From contig CAVYXA010000001.1 of the NCBI GenBank assembly GCA_963772365.1, positions 1,600,001-1,664,000 on the forward strand: a stretch of DNA of 64,000 bases. Reading direction: 5' to 3'. A program made the translations under genes and the position numbers. Source of the DNA: an uncultured Verrucomicrobiae bacterium. Its GTDB lineage: Bacteria; Verrucomicrobiota; Verrucomicrobiia; Chthoniobacterales; UBA10450. The notes under the pieces are model-generated. The model was not told where the DNA came from. It did not search any database and saw nothing but the letters and a program-made list of their open reading frames with translations. Shown one piece after another: positions 41,794 to 52,816 of this stretch (position 1 is the stretch's first letter; the number at the start of each line of letters is the position of its first letter).

Positions 41794-43028
41794 AGCTAAA
41801 ACAAAAGAAGGCGCCTTTTACATTTGGACTGAAAAGGAAATTGACACTGCGCTCGGACCGGATGCCGAGATCTTCAAATATCACTATGAGGTGCAACCTA
41901 TGGAAATGCGCCGGAAGGCAGCGATCCTCAGGATGAGTTTCGCGGCAAGAACATTTTGATCCAGCGCCACAGCATCGCCGAAACAGCCAAGCAGTTCAAG
42001 AAAAGCGAGGACGGCGATTCGAAGATTACTTGCGCGCAGCCGAAAAGACTTATTGTCGATCCGGAATGGGCGTCCGCGTCCGCATCTGGATGACAAGATC
42101 ATTGCAGCATGGAACGGGCTAATGATTTCCAGCTTACGCCCGGCCGGCCAGGTTTTGAGGACCGGAATTACGTCCAAAGAGCGATCACGGCCGCCAATTT
42201 CATACGAACAAATCTTTATGACGAAAAAACCAAATTGCTCTTTCGGAATTACCGAGACGGGCGCAGCGAAATCGAAGGTTTCGCCGATGATTACGCATTC
42301 CTGATCCAGGGTCTGCTCGATCTGTACGAAGCATCGTTCGATATCGAATGGCTAAAATTCGCAGTCGAGCTGCAGGAGATACAGGACTGCCTGTTCTTCG
42401 ACGAGAAGAATGGCGGTTATTTCAGCACCAGTGGAAAAGACAAAAACGTCGTGATGCGGATGAAGGATGATAACGACAGCGCGGAACCGGCGGCTAGCTC
42501 TATCGCAGCCCTCAATCTTTTGCGCCTCGCCCAATTTTTAAACGATGAAGAATTCGCCGAGCGCGGCAGAAGAACAATCGATGCATTTGCCACGACCTTA
42601 TCTCATTTCGCCAGCGCTATGCCGCAGATGCTGGTGGCGTGCGATTTCAGTTTCAGTAAACCGCGTCAGATCGTGATCGCGGGCAAGGTTGACGATCTTA
42701 ATACGAAAGCATTGCTCAACGAGGTGCATCGATATTTCCTGCCGAGGACGGTTCTCATGCTGGCCGACGGCGCGGACGGGCAAAAATATCTAGGTGAAAA
42801 GAACGAGGCGATCCGCGCGATCTCAATGGTGGATGGCAAACCAGCCGCGTACGTCTGCGAAAATTTTATCTGCAAAGCGCCGGTGACGGATGCAAGCGAG
42901 CTGCGCTCGTTGCTTTCGACCGCCTAGTTGCGATCGCGGCCAAAGCGAGGAAGCCTGCCCCATCTGACAATCGGCCAATATTCCTTCCAGACGGTCACAC
43001 TCCTAAAAAGATCGACAAACGAGGGTAC

Positions 43029-45761
43029 TTGGCTGTAATGTCGCCAAACAAAATGAGGCCGAATCAGAGGCTGTTCATCGCATTAGGTTGTTTTGCCGGA
43101 GCGGTATGGTTTTTCGTCTCGGCATTCTTCTGGCCACCGAGAAGTGCCGTCGCCGAGCAAATCAGCGCGGACAAGAGCACAATCACAGTTGTCCATTCGT
43201 ATTTCAATGATACGTCGTCGCCGCTCCGCGATATGACGCCGATGCCGGTGCAATTTCGTCCGGAGCGTGAGGCCAACGAGAATCCCAGGATCCCACACTT
43301 CCACTTCGACGTTCCCGACCAGGCGCTTCAGGATCCAGCGGTCTCGTTACGCGCGCTCTTGCAACCGAGCATCCCGAGTCCGCTGCTCACATTCGACGGC
43401 ATTCCGTACCCTGGTGTGGGATGCAACTGCGCGCCACCCGATACAAACGGTGCGGTCGGATCGACTCAATATGTGCAGATTGTGAACGAGGCGCTGCAAG
43501 TATTCGACAAGACCACAGGCGCATCGGTTTTGGGCCCGGTTGGAATCTCAACCATCTGGGACGGGTTTGGCGGTGTTTGCCAGAACAACGGCGATGGCGA
43601 TCCGGTCGTTCTGTACGATAAAATCGCCGGCCGCTGGGTCATCAGTCAGTTTGCCGGGGCCGGGGTGCCGACCGATGAATGCATCGCTGTGTCGGCCAGC
43701 GATGATGCAACCGGGTCGTGGCATCGGTACGGTTTCCATCTGGGCACGAATTTTTTTGATTATCCCAAGCTGGGCGTGTGGCCGGACGCTTACTACATGT
43801 CAATGAACGTGTTTAACTCTTCCGGTACGCTTTTTCTCGGGCCGCAGCCGTTCGCGTTCGATCGCGCAGCCATGCTGGTGGGCGTTCCCGCAACTTTTAT
43901 TACTCCGGGTATAACCAACGGCCCTTCCGAAGAAACTTATCTGCCGGCAGATCTCGACGGTTCAACATTACCATCCGCTGGAGCTCCAGAGACATTTGTG
44001 GAATGGCCGAGTGGTTCCCCACTCGTTTACAATGTCTTCCATTTTCACGTCGATTTCGTTACGCCCGCGAACTCGACTTTTACCCTGTTCGCCACGCCGC
44101 CGGCTGCAGGCTTCACACAGCTTTGTTCTACCACGCGCAGTTGTGTGCCGCAATCAGGCACGACTTCCAAACTCGATGGAATAGGCGATCGTCTCATGTT
44201 TCGGGCAGCTTACCGAAATTTCGGTGATCATGAATCGTTGGTGACGAATTACACCGTTTCGGCCAGCGGCCGCGCGGGAGTGCGCTGGATCGAGCTGCAC
44301 AATGTGACGAACGGGCCCGTGACCGTGTTCCAGGAAAGCACTTATTCGCCTGACAGCATATGGCGCTGGATGGGGAGCGCAGCGATGGATCAAGCCGGCA
44401 ACCTTGCCGTTGGGTTTAGCGCTTCCTCATCAACCATTCATCCAGAGATTCGTTATGCGGGGCGGCTGGCAACGGATCCGGTAAACACTTTGGCGCAAGG
44501 CGAGACCACGTTGTTCGCTGGCGCTGGCAGCCAGACAGGCACAAGCAGTCGTTGGGGCGACTACAGCGCGATGACGATTGATCCCGTGGACGATTGCACT
44601 TTCTGGTACACTCAGGAGTACTATGCCACCACTACCTCGTTCAATTGGCGGACGCGCATCGGTAAATTCAAATTCGCGGAATGCCCCCCGAATCCGACTC
44701 CGACTCCGACTCCGACCCCAACTCCCACACCGACGCCGACTCCGACTCCAACCCCAACTCCCACACCGACGCCGACTCCAACCCCGACACCAAGTGCGAC
44801 GCCTACTCCCACGCCGACAATTCAAGTCGTTGTCCAGACAAGTCCCGCTGGCCGCACGTTTAGCGTTGATGGAGTCAATTTCAATTCAGCGCAAACGTTC
44901 ACCTGGATCTCTGGCTCCAATCACACCATGGCCACGACGTCGCCGCAGGACGGCGGCCCCGGGGTGCGCTACAATTGGAAGAAGTGGAATGATCACGGCG
45001 CTATCTCGCACACCGTCGCGCCAACCACGAGCACGACTTACACGGCAACATTTACCACGCAGTATTACCTCACCATGATCGCGGGCACCGGCGGCAAGGT
45101 CTCCCCGGTCAGCAACTGGAAAAACGCCGGCGCGATCGTTTCGATTACAGCCACGCCCACCAACAATAGCCAGGTCAGTTACAGCTTCGACAATTGGATC
45201 GGCACTGGGCCCGGTTCGTATTCCGGAACAAATAATCCGGCCTCCATAACGATGAACGGGCCGATTACCGAAACCGCCTCCTTCACACAGAATCCCGTTC
45301 AGGTCACAGTCCAGACAACGCCCACCGGGCGTGATTTCATCGTCGACGGTACGAATTATAACTCGACTCAGACGTTCTCGTGGGACCCCGGTTCGAATCA
45401 CACGATCGAGACCACTTCACCGCAATTGGGCGACCCTGGTGTCCGCTATGTTTGGAAAAAATGGAGTGATAACGGTGCAATTTCCCACACTGTTGCACCC
45501 ACCACGAACAAGACCTACACGGCCACATTTACCACCCAATATTACCTGACCATGATGCATGGAGTCGGCGGCACCGTCACTCCAGCGAGCAATTGGAAAA
45601 ATCAGGGCGCAGTGATTACAATCAGGGCAACTCCAAGCAACGGATACAGTTTTGTCGATTGGACAGGCGACGGGGCAGGTTCCTATTCCGGAACCAACAA
45701 TCCGGCGTCGATCACGATGAGCGGACCGATTACCGAGACCGCTTCGTTCATCCACAACTAA
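43029..45761 (+). CDS. Large secreted protein: uncharacterised N-terminal domain, Pro-Thr linker, two ~155-aa repeats (divergent InlB B-repeat-like)
   Basis: N-terminal TM/signal; PPDT.GAVG, DYPKLG, RWGDYS..DP.DDCTFW; (PT)n; duplicated VQT.P.GR.F.VDG...ITETASF; start may be ATG 43038 or 43053. Confidence 0.8.
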   Translation: MAVMSPNKMRPNQRLFIALGCFAGAVWFFVSAFFWPPRSAVAEQISADKSTITVVHSYFNDTSSPLRDMTPMPVQFRPEREANENPRIPHFHFDVPDQALQDPAVSLRALLQPSIPSPLLTFDGIPYPGVGCNCAPPDTNGAVGSTQYVQIVNEALQVFDKTTGASVLGPVGISTIWDGFGGVCQNNGDGDPVVLYDKIAGRWVISQFAGAGVPTDECIAVSASDDATGSWHRYGFHLGTNFFDYPKLGVWPDAYYMSMNVFNSSGTLFLGPQPFAFDRAAMLVGVPATFITPGITNGPSEETYLPADLDGSTLPSAGAPETFVEWPSGSPLVYNVFHFHVDFVTPANSTFTLFATPPAAGFTQLCSTTRSCVPQSGTTSKLDGIGDRLMFRAAYRNFGDHESLVTNYTVSASGRAGVRWIELHNVTNGPVTVFQESTYSPDSIWRWMGSAAMDQAGNLAVGFSASSSTIHPEIRYAGRLATDPVNTLAQGETTLFAGAGSQTGTSSRWGDYSAMTIDPVDDCTFWYTQEYYATTTSFNWRTRIGKFKFAECPPNPTPTPTPTPTPTPTPTPTPTPTPTPTPTPTPTPSATPTPTPTIQVVVQTSPAGRTFSVDGVNFNSAQTFTWISGSNHTMATTSPQDGGPGVRYNWKKWNDHGAISHTVAPTTSTTYTATFTTQYYLTMIAGTGGKVSPVSNWKNAGAIVSITATPTNNSQVSYSFDNWIGTGPGSYSGTNNPASITMNGPITETASFTQNPVQVTVQTTPTGRDFIVDGTNYNSTQTFSWDPGSNHTIETTSPQLGDPGVRYVWKKWSDNGAISHTVAPTTNKTYTATFTTQYYLTMMHGVGGTVTPASNWKNQGAVITIRATPSNGYSFVDWTGDGAGSYSGTNNPASITMSGPITETASFIHN
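44694..44819 (+). repeat. Hexamer repeat encoding a Pro-Thr linker
   Basis: CCGACT/CCAACC/CCCACA units, about 21 dipeptides. Confidence 0.9.
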
Positions 45762-45856
45762 AACTTCAGTTTCATCGGCGTAACCAAGCTCGCCGAGGCA
45801 GATTTTGCTCGAAGAACGGCGAAAAATCTTTCGTTCCCGCATCCATCTCCGAGTTG

Positions 45857-46144
45857 CTAAGTACCTTCCACGACGATCATGTTCGCCTTCGCCGTGCGAT
45901 GGCGCATTTTGCGCGGCTCGCGGTATTCTACGCTGTTGAGCCAGGACTTGGCGCGCTCCATCGAATCGAATTGCAGCACGACAACGCGCTTCGGATTCCA
46001 ATCGCCTTCGAGCACTTCATTCTTGCCGCCGCGCACGATGTATTTGCCGCCATATTTCTCAACCGTAGCGCCGGCTAACTTTTTGTATTTTTCGTATCCT
46101 GCAGGATCGACAACATCTATGTCAACGATGATGTAGGCCGGCAT
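45857..46144 (-). CDS. DUF1330 family protein
   Basis: YGG.Y.VRGG...LEG.W...R.VV..F.S...A..W..S.EY. Confidence 0.9.
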   Translation of the reverse strand: MPAYIIVDIDVVDPAGYEKYKKLAGATVEKYGGKYIVRGGKNEVLEGDWNPKRVVVLQFDSMERAKSWLNSVEYREPRKMRHRTAKANMIVVEGT

Positions 46145-46180
46145 GATGAAATGAAGGTCGAAGGATAAGGATGAAATAAA

Positions 46181-46915
46181 CTAATGGCCGTTACCGCTGT
46201 CTTTGGCGGCCAGCTCGGGAATTCTTTTGCGACGACGGAGACGCAGCCAATTGTTCCAAGTTTTTCGCAGACTGTCGCGCGGAGTGAGATATTTTTGGTT
46301 GAGCTCGTTGCTCTTGACGATCTGGGCCAGAATCCCTTTTACCGAAAGATCGTCGGTGTTCAGGATCGTGTAAGCAGTGCCGACGGCGGCGGCATGGTGC
46401 GCGTCGCTGGCCGCGATCATCGGCAGACCGCGAATCTGCGCGTACTTGAAAGCGTACCGGTTGTAACGGCGCAAGGTGGTAGCAGCGTTGAAGACTTCGA
46501 TAGCATCCACTGGCAGGGTCTCCAATGTCGCGAAACGGATTCCGGCGCGGAACAGATCGTAGGGATGTGGAGGAATGGCGAGACCGCCGCGTTCGTGGAT
46601 TAAGTCGCAAACTTCGCGAGATGGTTTTCCTTTCAGGTAAGGCAATTCCGCCCCGATACAGAGCAGATGGCCATCGGCAGTGGTGACTTCGACTCCGGGC
46701 AAAACCAAAAAGCCATCAACCGCCTGACCATCCAGCCGCATCAAACCTTTCTCCAGCAGGTAATTGATGGCATCGCAGGTGTTGTGATCAGTAATTGCGA
46801 TGCCATGCAGGCCTTTCGCACGCGCCGCCGCTATCAAATCCTCCGGGCTGGAAACACCATCGCCGGAAAAGAAGCTATGGGTATGGAGGTCGAAGTTGAA
46901 CGGCATTTGGCGCAA
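46181..46915 (-). CDS. PHP domain phosphoesterase
   Basis: DLHTHS..S.DG, AITDHN, G.EV, PHP, SDAH. Confidence 0.9.
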   Translation of the reverse strand: MRQMPFNFDLHTHSFFSGDGVSSPEDLIAAARAKGLHGIAITDHNTCDAINYLLEKGLMRLDGQAVDGFLVLPGVEVTTADGHLLCIGAELPYLKGKPSREVCDLIHERGGLAIPPHPYDLFRAGIRFATLETLPVDAIEVFNAATTLRRYNRYAFKYAQIRGLPMIAASDAHHAAAVGTAYTILNTDDLSVKGILAQIVKSNELNQKYLTPRDSLRKTWNNWLRLRRRKRIPELAAKDSGNGH

Positions 46916-46935
46916 GCTACGTTGCCCCGCGCAAA

Positions 46936-47497
46936 ATGGAAAGCGTCGGATTCAAGGAATGGGCGGTCGTCTGCGAGGCGCTTGGCTGCGGGGAGCAGAC
47001 CGTTATTTTGCGCAAAGGTGGGATTGCCGAAGGGCGCGGCGGGTTCCAATTTCGGCACCAGGAATTCTTTCTGTTTCCAACATGGTTCCACGAGCAACCG
47101 GCAAAAGTGCGGGGCAGCGGTTTCGAATTTCCGCCGCCCGCCCCTGATAAAATTGATATCAAATATTTTGCGAGGATCGACAGCTCGAGCGTGATCACGT
47201 CCTGGAAAACAGCCGAAGCGCTCGAAGCTTTTCACATTTTGCGACCCGAAGTCGTCCGCGAGCGATTCGATTATAAAAAAGGGCCGAGCCTGCACGTCGC
47301 GTTTGTGCGCGATATTTCGACTTCAACCACCGTGGATACTTGCTGTCGAGAAGAGATACGGCGGCTGTCGATCCTGGGTGGACCTACCGGAGCCTGCGGC
47401 AGATCTTCACTTGGAACCGGTCCTCACCGATTCTGAACATGGCCGCCGGCGAAGTGAATTTTGCGAGATTATCCGTACGGTTACCGTGGCCGCCTGA
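46936..47497 (+). pseudogene. DUF1802 family protein, frameshift at about 47310
   Basis: KEWA.VC.AL..G.Q...LRKGGI.E, FPT..H, YGGCRSW. Confidence 0.8.
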
Positions 47498-47499
47498 GT

Positions 47500-49374
47500 T
47501 CAGGCAAGCGTGTCGACCAGCGTCTCGAACTTGTCAGGAACAGTCTCGGCCCGATGGAACTGTAGATCGTAGAACTTGCGATAATAGCCCGATTTATCGA
47601 GCAACTCGGCGTGTGTTCCCACCTCTTTGATCCGTCCTTCGTGCATCACGACTATCTGATCTGCTGAGAGAATCGTAGAGAGCCGATGGGCAATGGCGAT
47701 CACGGTGCGTCCTGCGCAAAGGCGTTCGAGCGCCTCCTGAATTTGCTTTTCCGACTCCGAGTCAAGAGCCGAAGTGGCTTCATCCAGCAGCAGAATCGGC
47801 GCGTTTTTCAGAAGAGCCCGGGCGATGGCGACACGCTGTTGCTGCCCACCGGAAAGAAGACAGCCTTTGTCGCCGATCACGGTTTGATAACCTTTCGGTT
47901 GCGCAACAATGAAATCGTGGGCGCAGGCTGCTTGCGCCGCTGCCTGAACTTCCGCCGCGGTCGCGTCGAGACGGCCGAACTGGATATTTTTGAAAATCGT
48001 GTCGTGAAACAGAAACGTATCCTGGGTAACCAGGCCGATGTTTTCCCGCAACGAACGTTGCGTGATGTCGCGCAAGTCGTGTCCATCGATCATCACGCTG
48101 CCGTTGGTCGGATCATACAGGCGCAAAATCAGGGAGAGCACCGTTGACTTGCCCGCGCCACTCGCGCCAACGAGAGCATAACTTTTTCCCGGTTCGATTC
48201 GAAGGTTAAGATCGGCAACTGCATCGGACGTGCCCGTCTCGTAGCGAAAGGTCACATTCTCGAAGTCGATCCGACCAGCGCACGATTGCAAATCCTTCGC
48301 ACCCGGCCGGTCTTTCACGGTCGGGTCCGAATCGAGAATCCGAAACATCTCCTTCGTCGCAGAGATGGATCGCTGCAAAATAATGTGAATTTTGCTCAGC
48401 GTCTTGATTGGACCGTAGAGAAGAAAAATTCCCGAGATCAGTCCAAAGAAACGGCCGGCCCCCAGGTTCACTGTGTAAACGTAGAGCAGAGCCAACCCTA
48501 TTCCCGAAGCAGCGATCGTTTCCACCAGTGGGCCAACCGCTTCGGTGGCGCGGATCATACGCATCATCTGCTTAAACTGATGCTGGTTACTGCGCCGAAA
48601 TGATTCTTCCTGATGCTTCTCGCGCCCGAAGGATTTGATGACCCGGATCCCGGCGAATGTCTCCTGCATGGTCACAACCATTTGCCCCATTTCTTCCTGC
48701 TGACCCTGCACCGCTCCGCGCGCTCGCTTGCCGTAGATGCGAATCGGCAGCATGCAAATTGGAAAAAGAATGAGAGTTACAACGGTAAACTTCCAATCCA
48801 TCAGAAGCAAAACAGTGACTCCACCGACAATTGCGACCGGCTGCTTGAAAAGATCGCTGCTCACGGTGCCAAGGGCCATCTGCATAAAGCGCGTATCATT
48901 GGTAATGCGGGACATGAGGACACCGGCCCGCGTTTTGTTAAAGAAATCCATCGAATTCCGCACCATTTTGCCAAACAGATCGGAGCGGATATCGCTGACA
49001 ACTTTGTTGCTCACCCACTGCATGTAATAGCCGTTGAGGTAATCGAACAGGCTGCGCACCATCATGATCAGCGGAATGGACAGGCAGATAGTCGCAATGG
49101 AATTGACCCTTGGGCCGTGACTGAGCAGTTCCGGGTGAGATCTTAGCGCGGACAGGTTCGGTGCTCTGCCGTGAAAGATGAAACTCGTGACTCTGGCGAC
49201 GGCTAATGGAAACAAGGAATTAACGAGACCGAAAGCAAAGCCAAACGCCAGACCCAGGACAAACCGCCACCTGTAAGGCGCGACATAGGTATAAAGACGC
49301 CGGTAGGGGCCCCATGCCTGCCGTATCGTGACCAAGAAGCTTTGTTTGGGTTTTCGACATTTACCCGGGATCAT
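47500..49374 (-). CDS. msbA: Lipid A export ABC transporter (MsbA-like)
   Basis: ABC TM domain plus GASGAGKST, LSGGQ.QR, LDEATSALD; next to LPS glycosyltransferases. Confidence 0.8.
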   Translation of the reverse strand: MIPGKCRKPKQSFLVTIRQAWGPYRRLYTYVAPYRWRFVLGLAFGFAFGLVNSLFPLAVARVTSFIFHGRAPNLSALRSHPELLSHGPRVNSIATICLSIPLIMMVRSLFDYLNGYYMQWVSNKVVSDIRSDLFGKMVRNSMDFFNKTRAGVLMSRITNDTRFMQMALGTVSSDLFKQPVAIVGGVTVLLLMDWKFTVVTLILFPICMLPIRIYGKRARGAVQGQQEEMGQMVVTMQETFAGIRVIKSFGREKHQEESFRRSNQHQFKQMMRMIRATEAVGPLVETIAASGIGLALLYVYTVNLGAGRFFGLISGIFLLYGPIKTLSKIHIILQRSISATKEMFRILDSDPTVKDRPGAKDLQSCAGRIDFENVTFRYETGTSDAVADLNLRIEPGKSYALVGASGAGKSTVLSLILRLYDPTNGSVMIDGHDLRDITQRSLRENIGLVTQDTFLFHDTIFKNIQFGRLDATAAEVQAAAQAACAHDFIVAQPKGYQTVIGDKGCLLSGGQQQRVAIARALLKNAPILLLDEATSALDSESEKQIQEALERLCAGRTVIAIAHRLSTILSADQIVVMHEGRIKEVGTHAELLDKSGYYRKFYDLQFHRAETVPDKFETLVDTLA

Positions 49375-50396
49375 ACCGTGTGCGCCGCCGGCGCCGGCAG
49401 CAGGCCACTGATAGCATCGATGACCGTTTCCGTCGAGATTTGATTCATGAAGGCGCGTGCCTGCTTGGGGGAAAACTCGGTCACAGGGGCAGGCGATTCC
49501 CCTCGCAAAATTGTGACGGGACTTTCTCGCGGCCGCCAGTGAAATGGATTGGTTGGCCCAAACAAGACCACTTGTGGCGTCTGCATCGCCGCGGCCAAAT
49601 GCATCGGCGCGGAATCAACTGTGACAAGCAACTGTGCCCGGCCAATCAACGCTGCGAGAGTGAGCAAGTCGGTCCTGCTGGAAAGATCGACAACCGATTG
49701 CCGCAGCGTCCCCTTAATCCGCCGAACCTGCTCACGATCGAATTCGGAAGAAGCGCCCTAATGACCGCCTTGAAGCCCCAGTTCAATTGCACATACTCGA
49801 TAATCGCTGCCCAGCGGTCCGCTTCCCATAATTTTTCCGACCCGGGCAGCGCCGGGATGAAAAATGACAAATGGATGGTCGATGCTGTTATCGCGGCAGA
49901 GTTGGTCCGCTTTGGCGCAGGCTTCCCGCGGTAGATCGAGATGCAGTTTCGGCAAGGCGTCCTGAATACCGAGGGGCTGAAGCAGCGCCGAGATGATAAT
50001 CGCTCGTATGCATCGTGTGCATCCGCGCTTGGACAAATTCGTTATAGATTCGAGAGCGCCGCGCCGATTTTCTGCTCCACTTTGTCCGAAGCAATCCGTT
50101 TGCTCGCGCCGGAAAGAAACGCAAGCGCGGCTGATCGATCGTTCTGCGTGAAATCGATGCAGTAATCGAATTTCTCGCCCGGCTGCTGTGGCGAAGAACA
50201 CGCCGATGTCTCGTAACTTTCGCCGCACTAACAAAGGTCCGATCCACATTGGAAATCGCGGGGGCCAATTCCTTGCACTCACTGGAAATCACAAAGTGAT
50301 TTGGGACTCAGGAAATTGTTTTCCGCATGGCGTCGATCGCCGGTGTGGTCAAAATCAGGTCCCGATTCGTCTGAGCTGAAGAAGGAGAATTTTCAT
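49371..50396 (-). pseudogene. Glycosyltransferase family 9 (LPS heptosyltransferase), multiple frameshifts
   Basis: MKILLLQLRRIGDLILTTP (reassembled), HPGA, DSAPMHLAAA, LFGPT...W.P. Confidence 0.8.
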
Positions 50397-50433
50397 CGGA
50401 GGGAACACCGTGGATTCCGCAGTGAAGCGATAA

Positions 50434-51670
50434 TCAGGAACCGCCGTTGCCGTGGATTTTCATTGCCACTGCGTAAGCGTCGAGCAGGCGTGACCGAAAG
50501 TGGTCCCAGGTAAAATTTTCCACTACTCGTTTGCGTGCGGCCCGACCCATTTTTCGATGAGATCAGGGTCTACGATAAAATCGCTCGATTCCTGCGGCGA
50601 TAGCATCGACATCTCCCGGCCGGACGATGATCCCCTCGATACCATCGCGCACAACATCGCCCGCCTCCCGGGTAGTGATTAACGGCAAAGCCACAAGCCG
50701 CGGCTTCGTAAACAACTTTCGCGCTTCCTTCCCATTGCGACGGAAAAATGTAAATGGTTCTTTGGTTAAGATAATTCTCAGGATCCTTCACGAACCCGAC
50801 GTACCGAATGTTATCGCGCCAAAACTCCCGCAAAAACGGTCTGGCCTCGTCATGCACAGCGCCCACCAACCATAGCTCCGCATTAGGCAAGTTTAGCCTA
50901 TGCCACGCCTCGAGCAGGTGGTGAATGCCCTTGCGCTTGATCAAGGCCCCGGAAAAAATCGCGCGAAATTTCGCCGGACGCTTTCCCGGCTTGAAACGCT
51001 CCGCATCTACGCCGCGCGGCAGATAAAACAATTTCTCTTCCGGGAAACCCTGGACCCGAAAAGTATCGGCGGCCATCTCGGAGAGGACGAGAAGCAAATC
51101 GGCCAGCTCGTATTCTTCAATGAAACGCTGTCGCTGAAGCACGAGGCCGGCTTTCCATTTTTCAAACCACGAAGCATTGCTTGGCGACCCTGACGGGACA
51201 GGTTCATCGATTTTCACTTTCGCGCCATCGCGATGCCAGGTCGGAATTTCGAGAATGGAAGGGATTCCAAGTTGTTTTGCTACGCGCAGCGACAGCAGGC
51301 AATCGCCCGACCAACTGTGAAATAGATCGTATTGTCCACTGGCCAGATGTCGTGAGGTGATCCAGTCGAGGTATTGCTTCTTGGCGCCGTAATAATACGG
51401 CCGATCCAGGAAGGAGATCAGACGCACGGGATGCCAGCGCAGCGAATGAATGTAGCGCGCCGGAATTTCTCTCTGCCGATTGTCGTAGGCCACGGCTTTG
51501 CCCAGAAAACCGCCACGATACGATGCCCGCAAAGTTTCAAACGCATCCGTGTCCAGGCCCGAACCCCCGATCCGGGCAAAGATCGAGTAGACCAAATGCT
51601 TTGGTAAAACTCGCCTTTCCCGGGAAACAGGATGAGACAATGAGGGCGCGTTTAGAGTTTCACCCAACAT
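50434..51670 (-). pseudogene. Glycosyltransferase family 4, frameshifts near the 3' end
   Basis: GVD..RF, RKG, FPS..EG.AKV.YEA.A.G, FTWDHF in the terminal frame. Confidence 0.8.
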
Positions 51671-51703
51671 GAGATTCCAATTAGTCTGGCAAATATTAGC
51701 ATT

Positions 51704-52807
51704 GTGTCGAACCGGAAACTAACCATCGGATTCGTCCGCCGCGGCTACTCCTCCAGCGGCGGCGCCGAAACTTACCTTAAGCGGCTCGCGCGCGGCATTG
51801 TCGATCTTGGATACAATACGCCTCTCTTTGCCACGGTGGATTGGCCGGCCTCGGAATGGCCATTCGGCCCAATCACGCAAATCCGCGCAACATCGACAAT
51901 TGGATTTGCCGATGAAATGGAAAAATTGCCTGCGGAATCACCATGCGATGTTTTGCTAAGCTTGGAGAGAATCTGGCGATGCGACGTTTACCGGGCCGGC
52001 GATGGAGTTCATCGCGCCTGGCTGAACCGACGAAGAAAGTTCGAGATGCCGCTCGAACGATTCGTCCGCGGCCTCAATCGGAAGCATCGCGACATTCTGC
52101 GATTGGAGGAGGCTCTGCTGGCCCGCGGCGGAGCCGGTGGAGTAATCGTTAATTCGCAGCTCGTGGAAAACGAAATTGTCGATCTTTACGGTTATCCTCG
52201 CGACAAGATCCACCTCATTCGCAACGGCCTTCCCCTCCAGCAATACGAATTTAATCCGGCTCTGGGAGAAGAAACGCGCGACCGTTTGAAATTGAAGCCG
52301 GACGAAACCGTGCTGCTTTTTGCCGGATCGGGCTGGGAACGCAAAGGCCTGTTGTTTGCCATTGAGGCGATGGCGTTGTGCAAAAATTCCAGGATGCATT
52401 TGCTCGTGGCCGGTCGAGGGAATACGCGAGCCTACAAATCCAAGCGCGTTCATTTTTTCGGCGAGGTCGATGATCTCCGGCCGTTCTATGCGGCCGCAGA
52501 CATTTTCATTCTGCCTACGATTTATGATCCGTTCTCGAACGCCTGCCTGGAAGCGCTGGCCTGCGGTTTGCCTGTGATCACGACGCGCGCCAATGGTTTT
52601 AGCGAAATCATGGAGGATGGCGTGGACGGCTCGATTGTCGATCTTCCCAATGACATGATGGCCTTGCGCGATGCCATCCAATTCTGGTCGGACGAATCCA
52701 GGCGCGCCGAGGTCAGATCAAAAATCATCGAACACGCGTCGCAATTCCCCATTTCGGAAAACGTCCAGCAAACGCTGTCGATCTTGGCCGGCCTGCGCTC
52801 TGGTTAG
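51704..52807 (+). CDS. Glycosyltransferase family 4 (WaaG/RfaG-like LPS core)
   Basis: GGAE, RAGDGVH, GSGWERKG, PT.YDPFSNA.LEA.A.GLPV. Confidence 0.88.
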   Translation: MSNRKLTIGFVRRGYSSSGGAETYLKRLARGIVDLGYNTPLFATVDWPASEWPFGPITQIRATSTIGFADEMEKLPAESPCDVLLSLERIWRCDVYRAGDGVHRAWLNRRRKFEMPLERFVRGLNRKHRDILRLEEALLARGGAGGVIVNSQLVENEIVDLYGYPRDKIHLIRNGLPLQQYEFNPALGEETRDRLKLKPDETVLLFAGSGWERKGLLFAIEAMALCKNSRMHLLVAGRGNTRAYKSKRVHFFGEVDDLRPFYAAADIFILPTIYDPFSNACLEALACGLPVITTRANGFSEIMEDGVDGSIVDLPNDMMALRDAIQFWSDESRRAEVRSKIIEHASQFPISENVQQTLSILAGLRSG

Positions 52808-52816
52808 GCCCAGTTG

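Larger units (their letters stand above)
40654..42927 (+). pseudogene. YyaL/SPATA20-like thioredoxin plus alpha-alpha-barrel protein, multiple frameshifts
   Basis: [67 protein letters not shown]. Confidence 0.88.

Noticed and set aside
44621..44863. Gly-Val and Ser-Asp repeat ORFs
   Set aside because: Alternative-frame and antisense shadows of the Pro-Thr linker.
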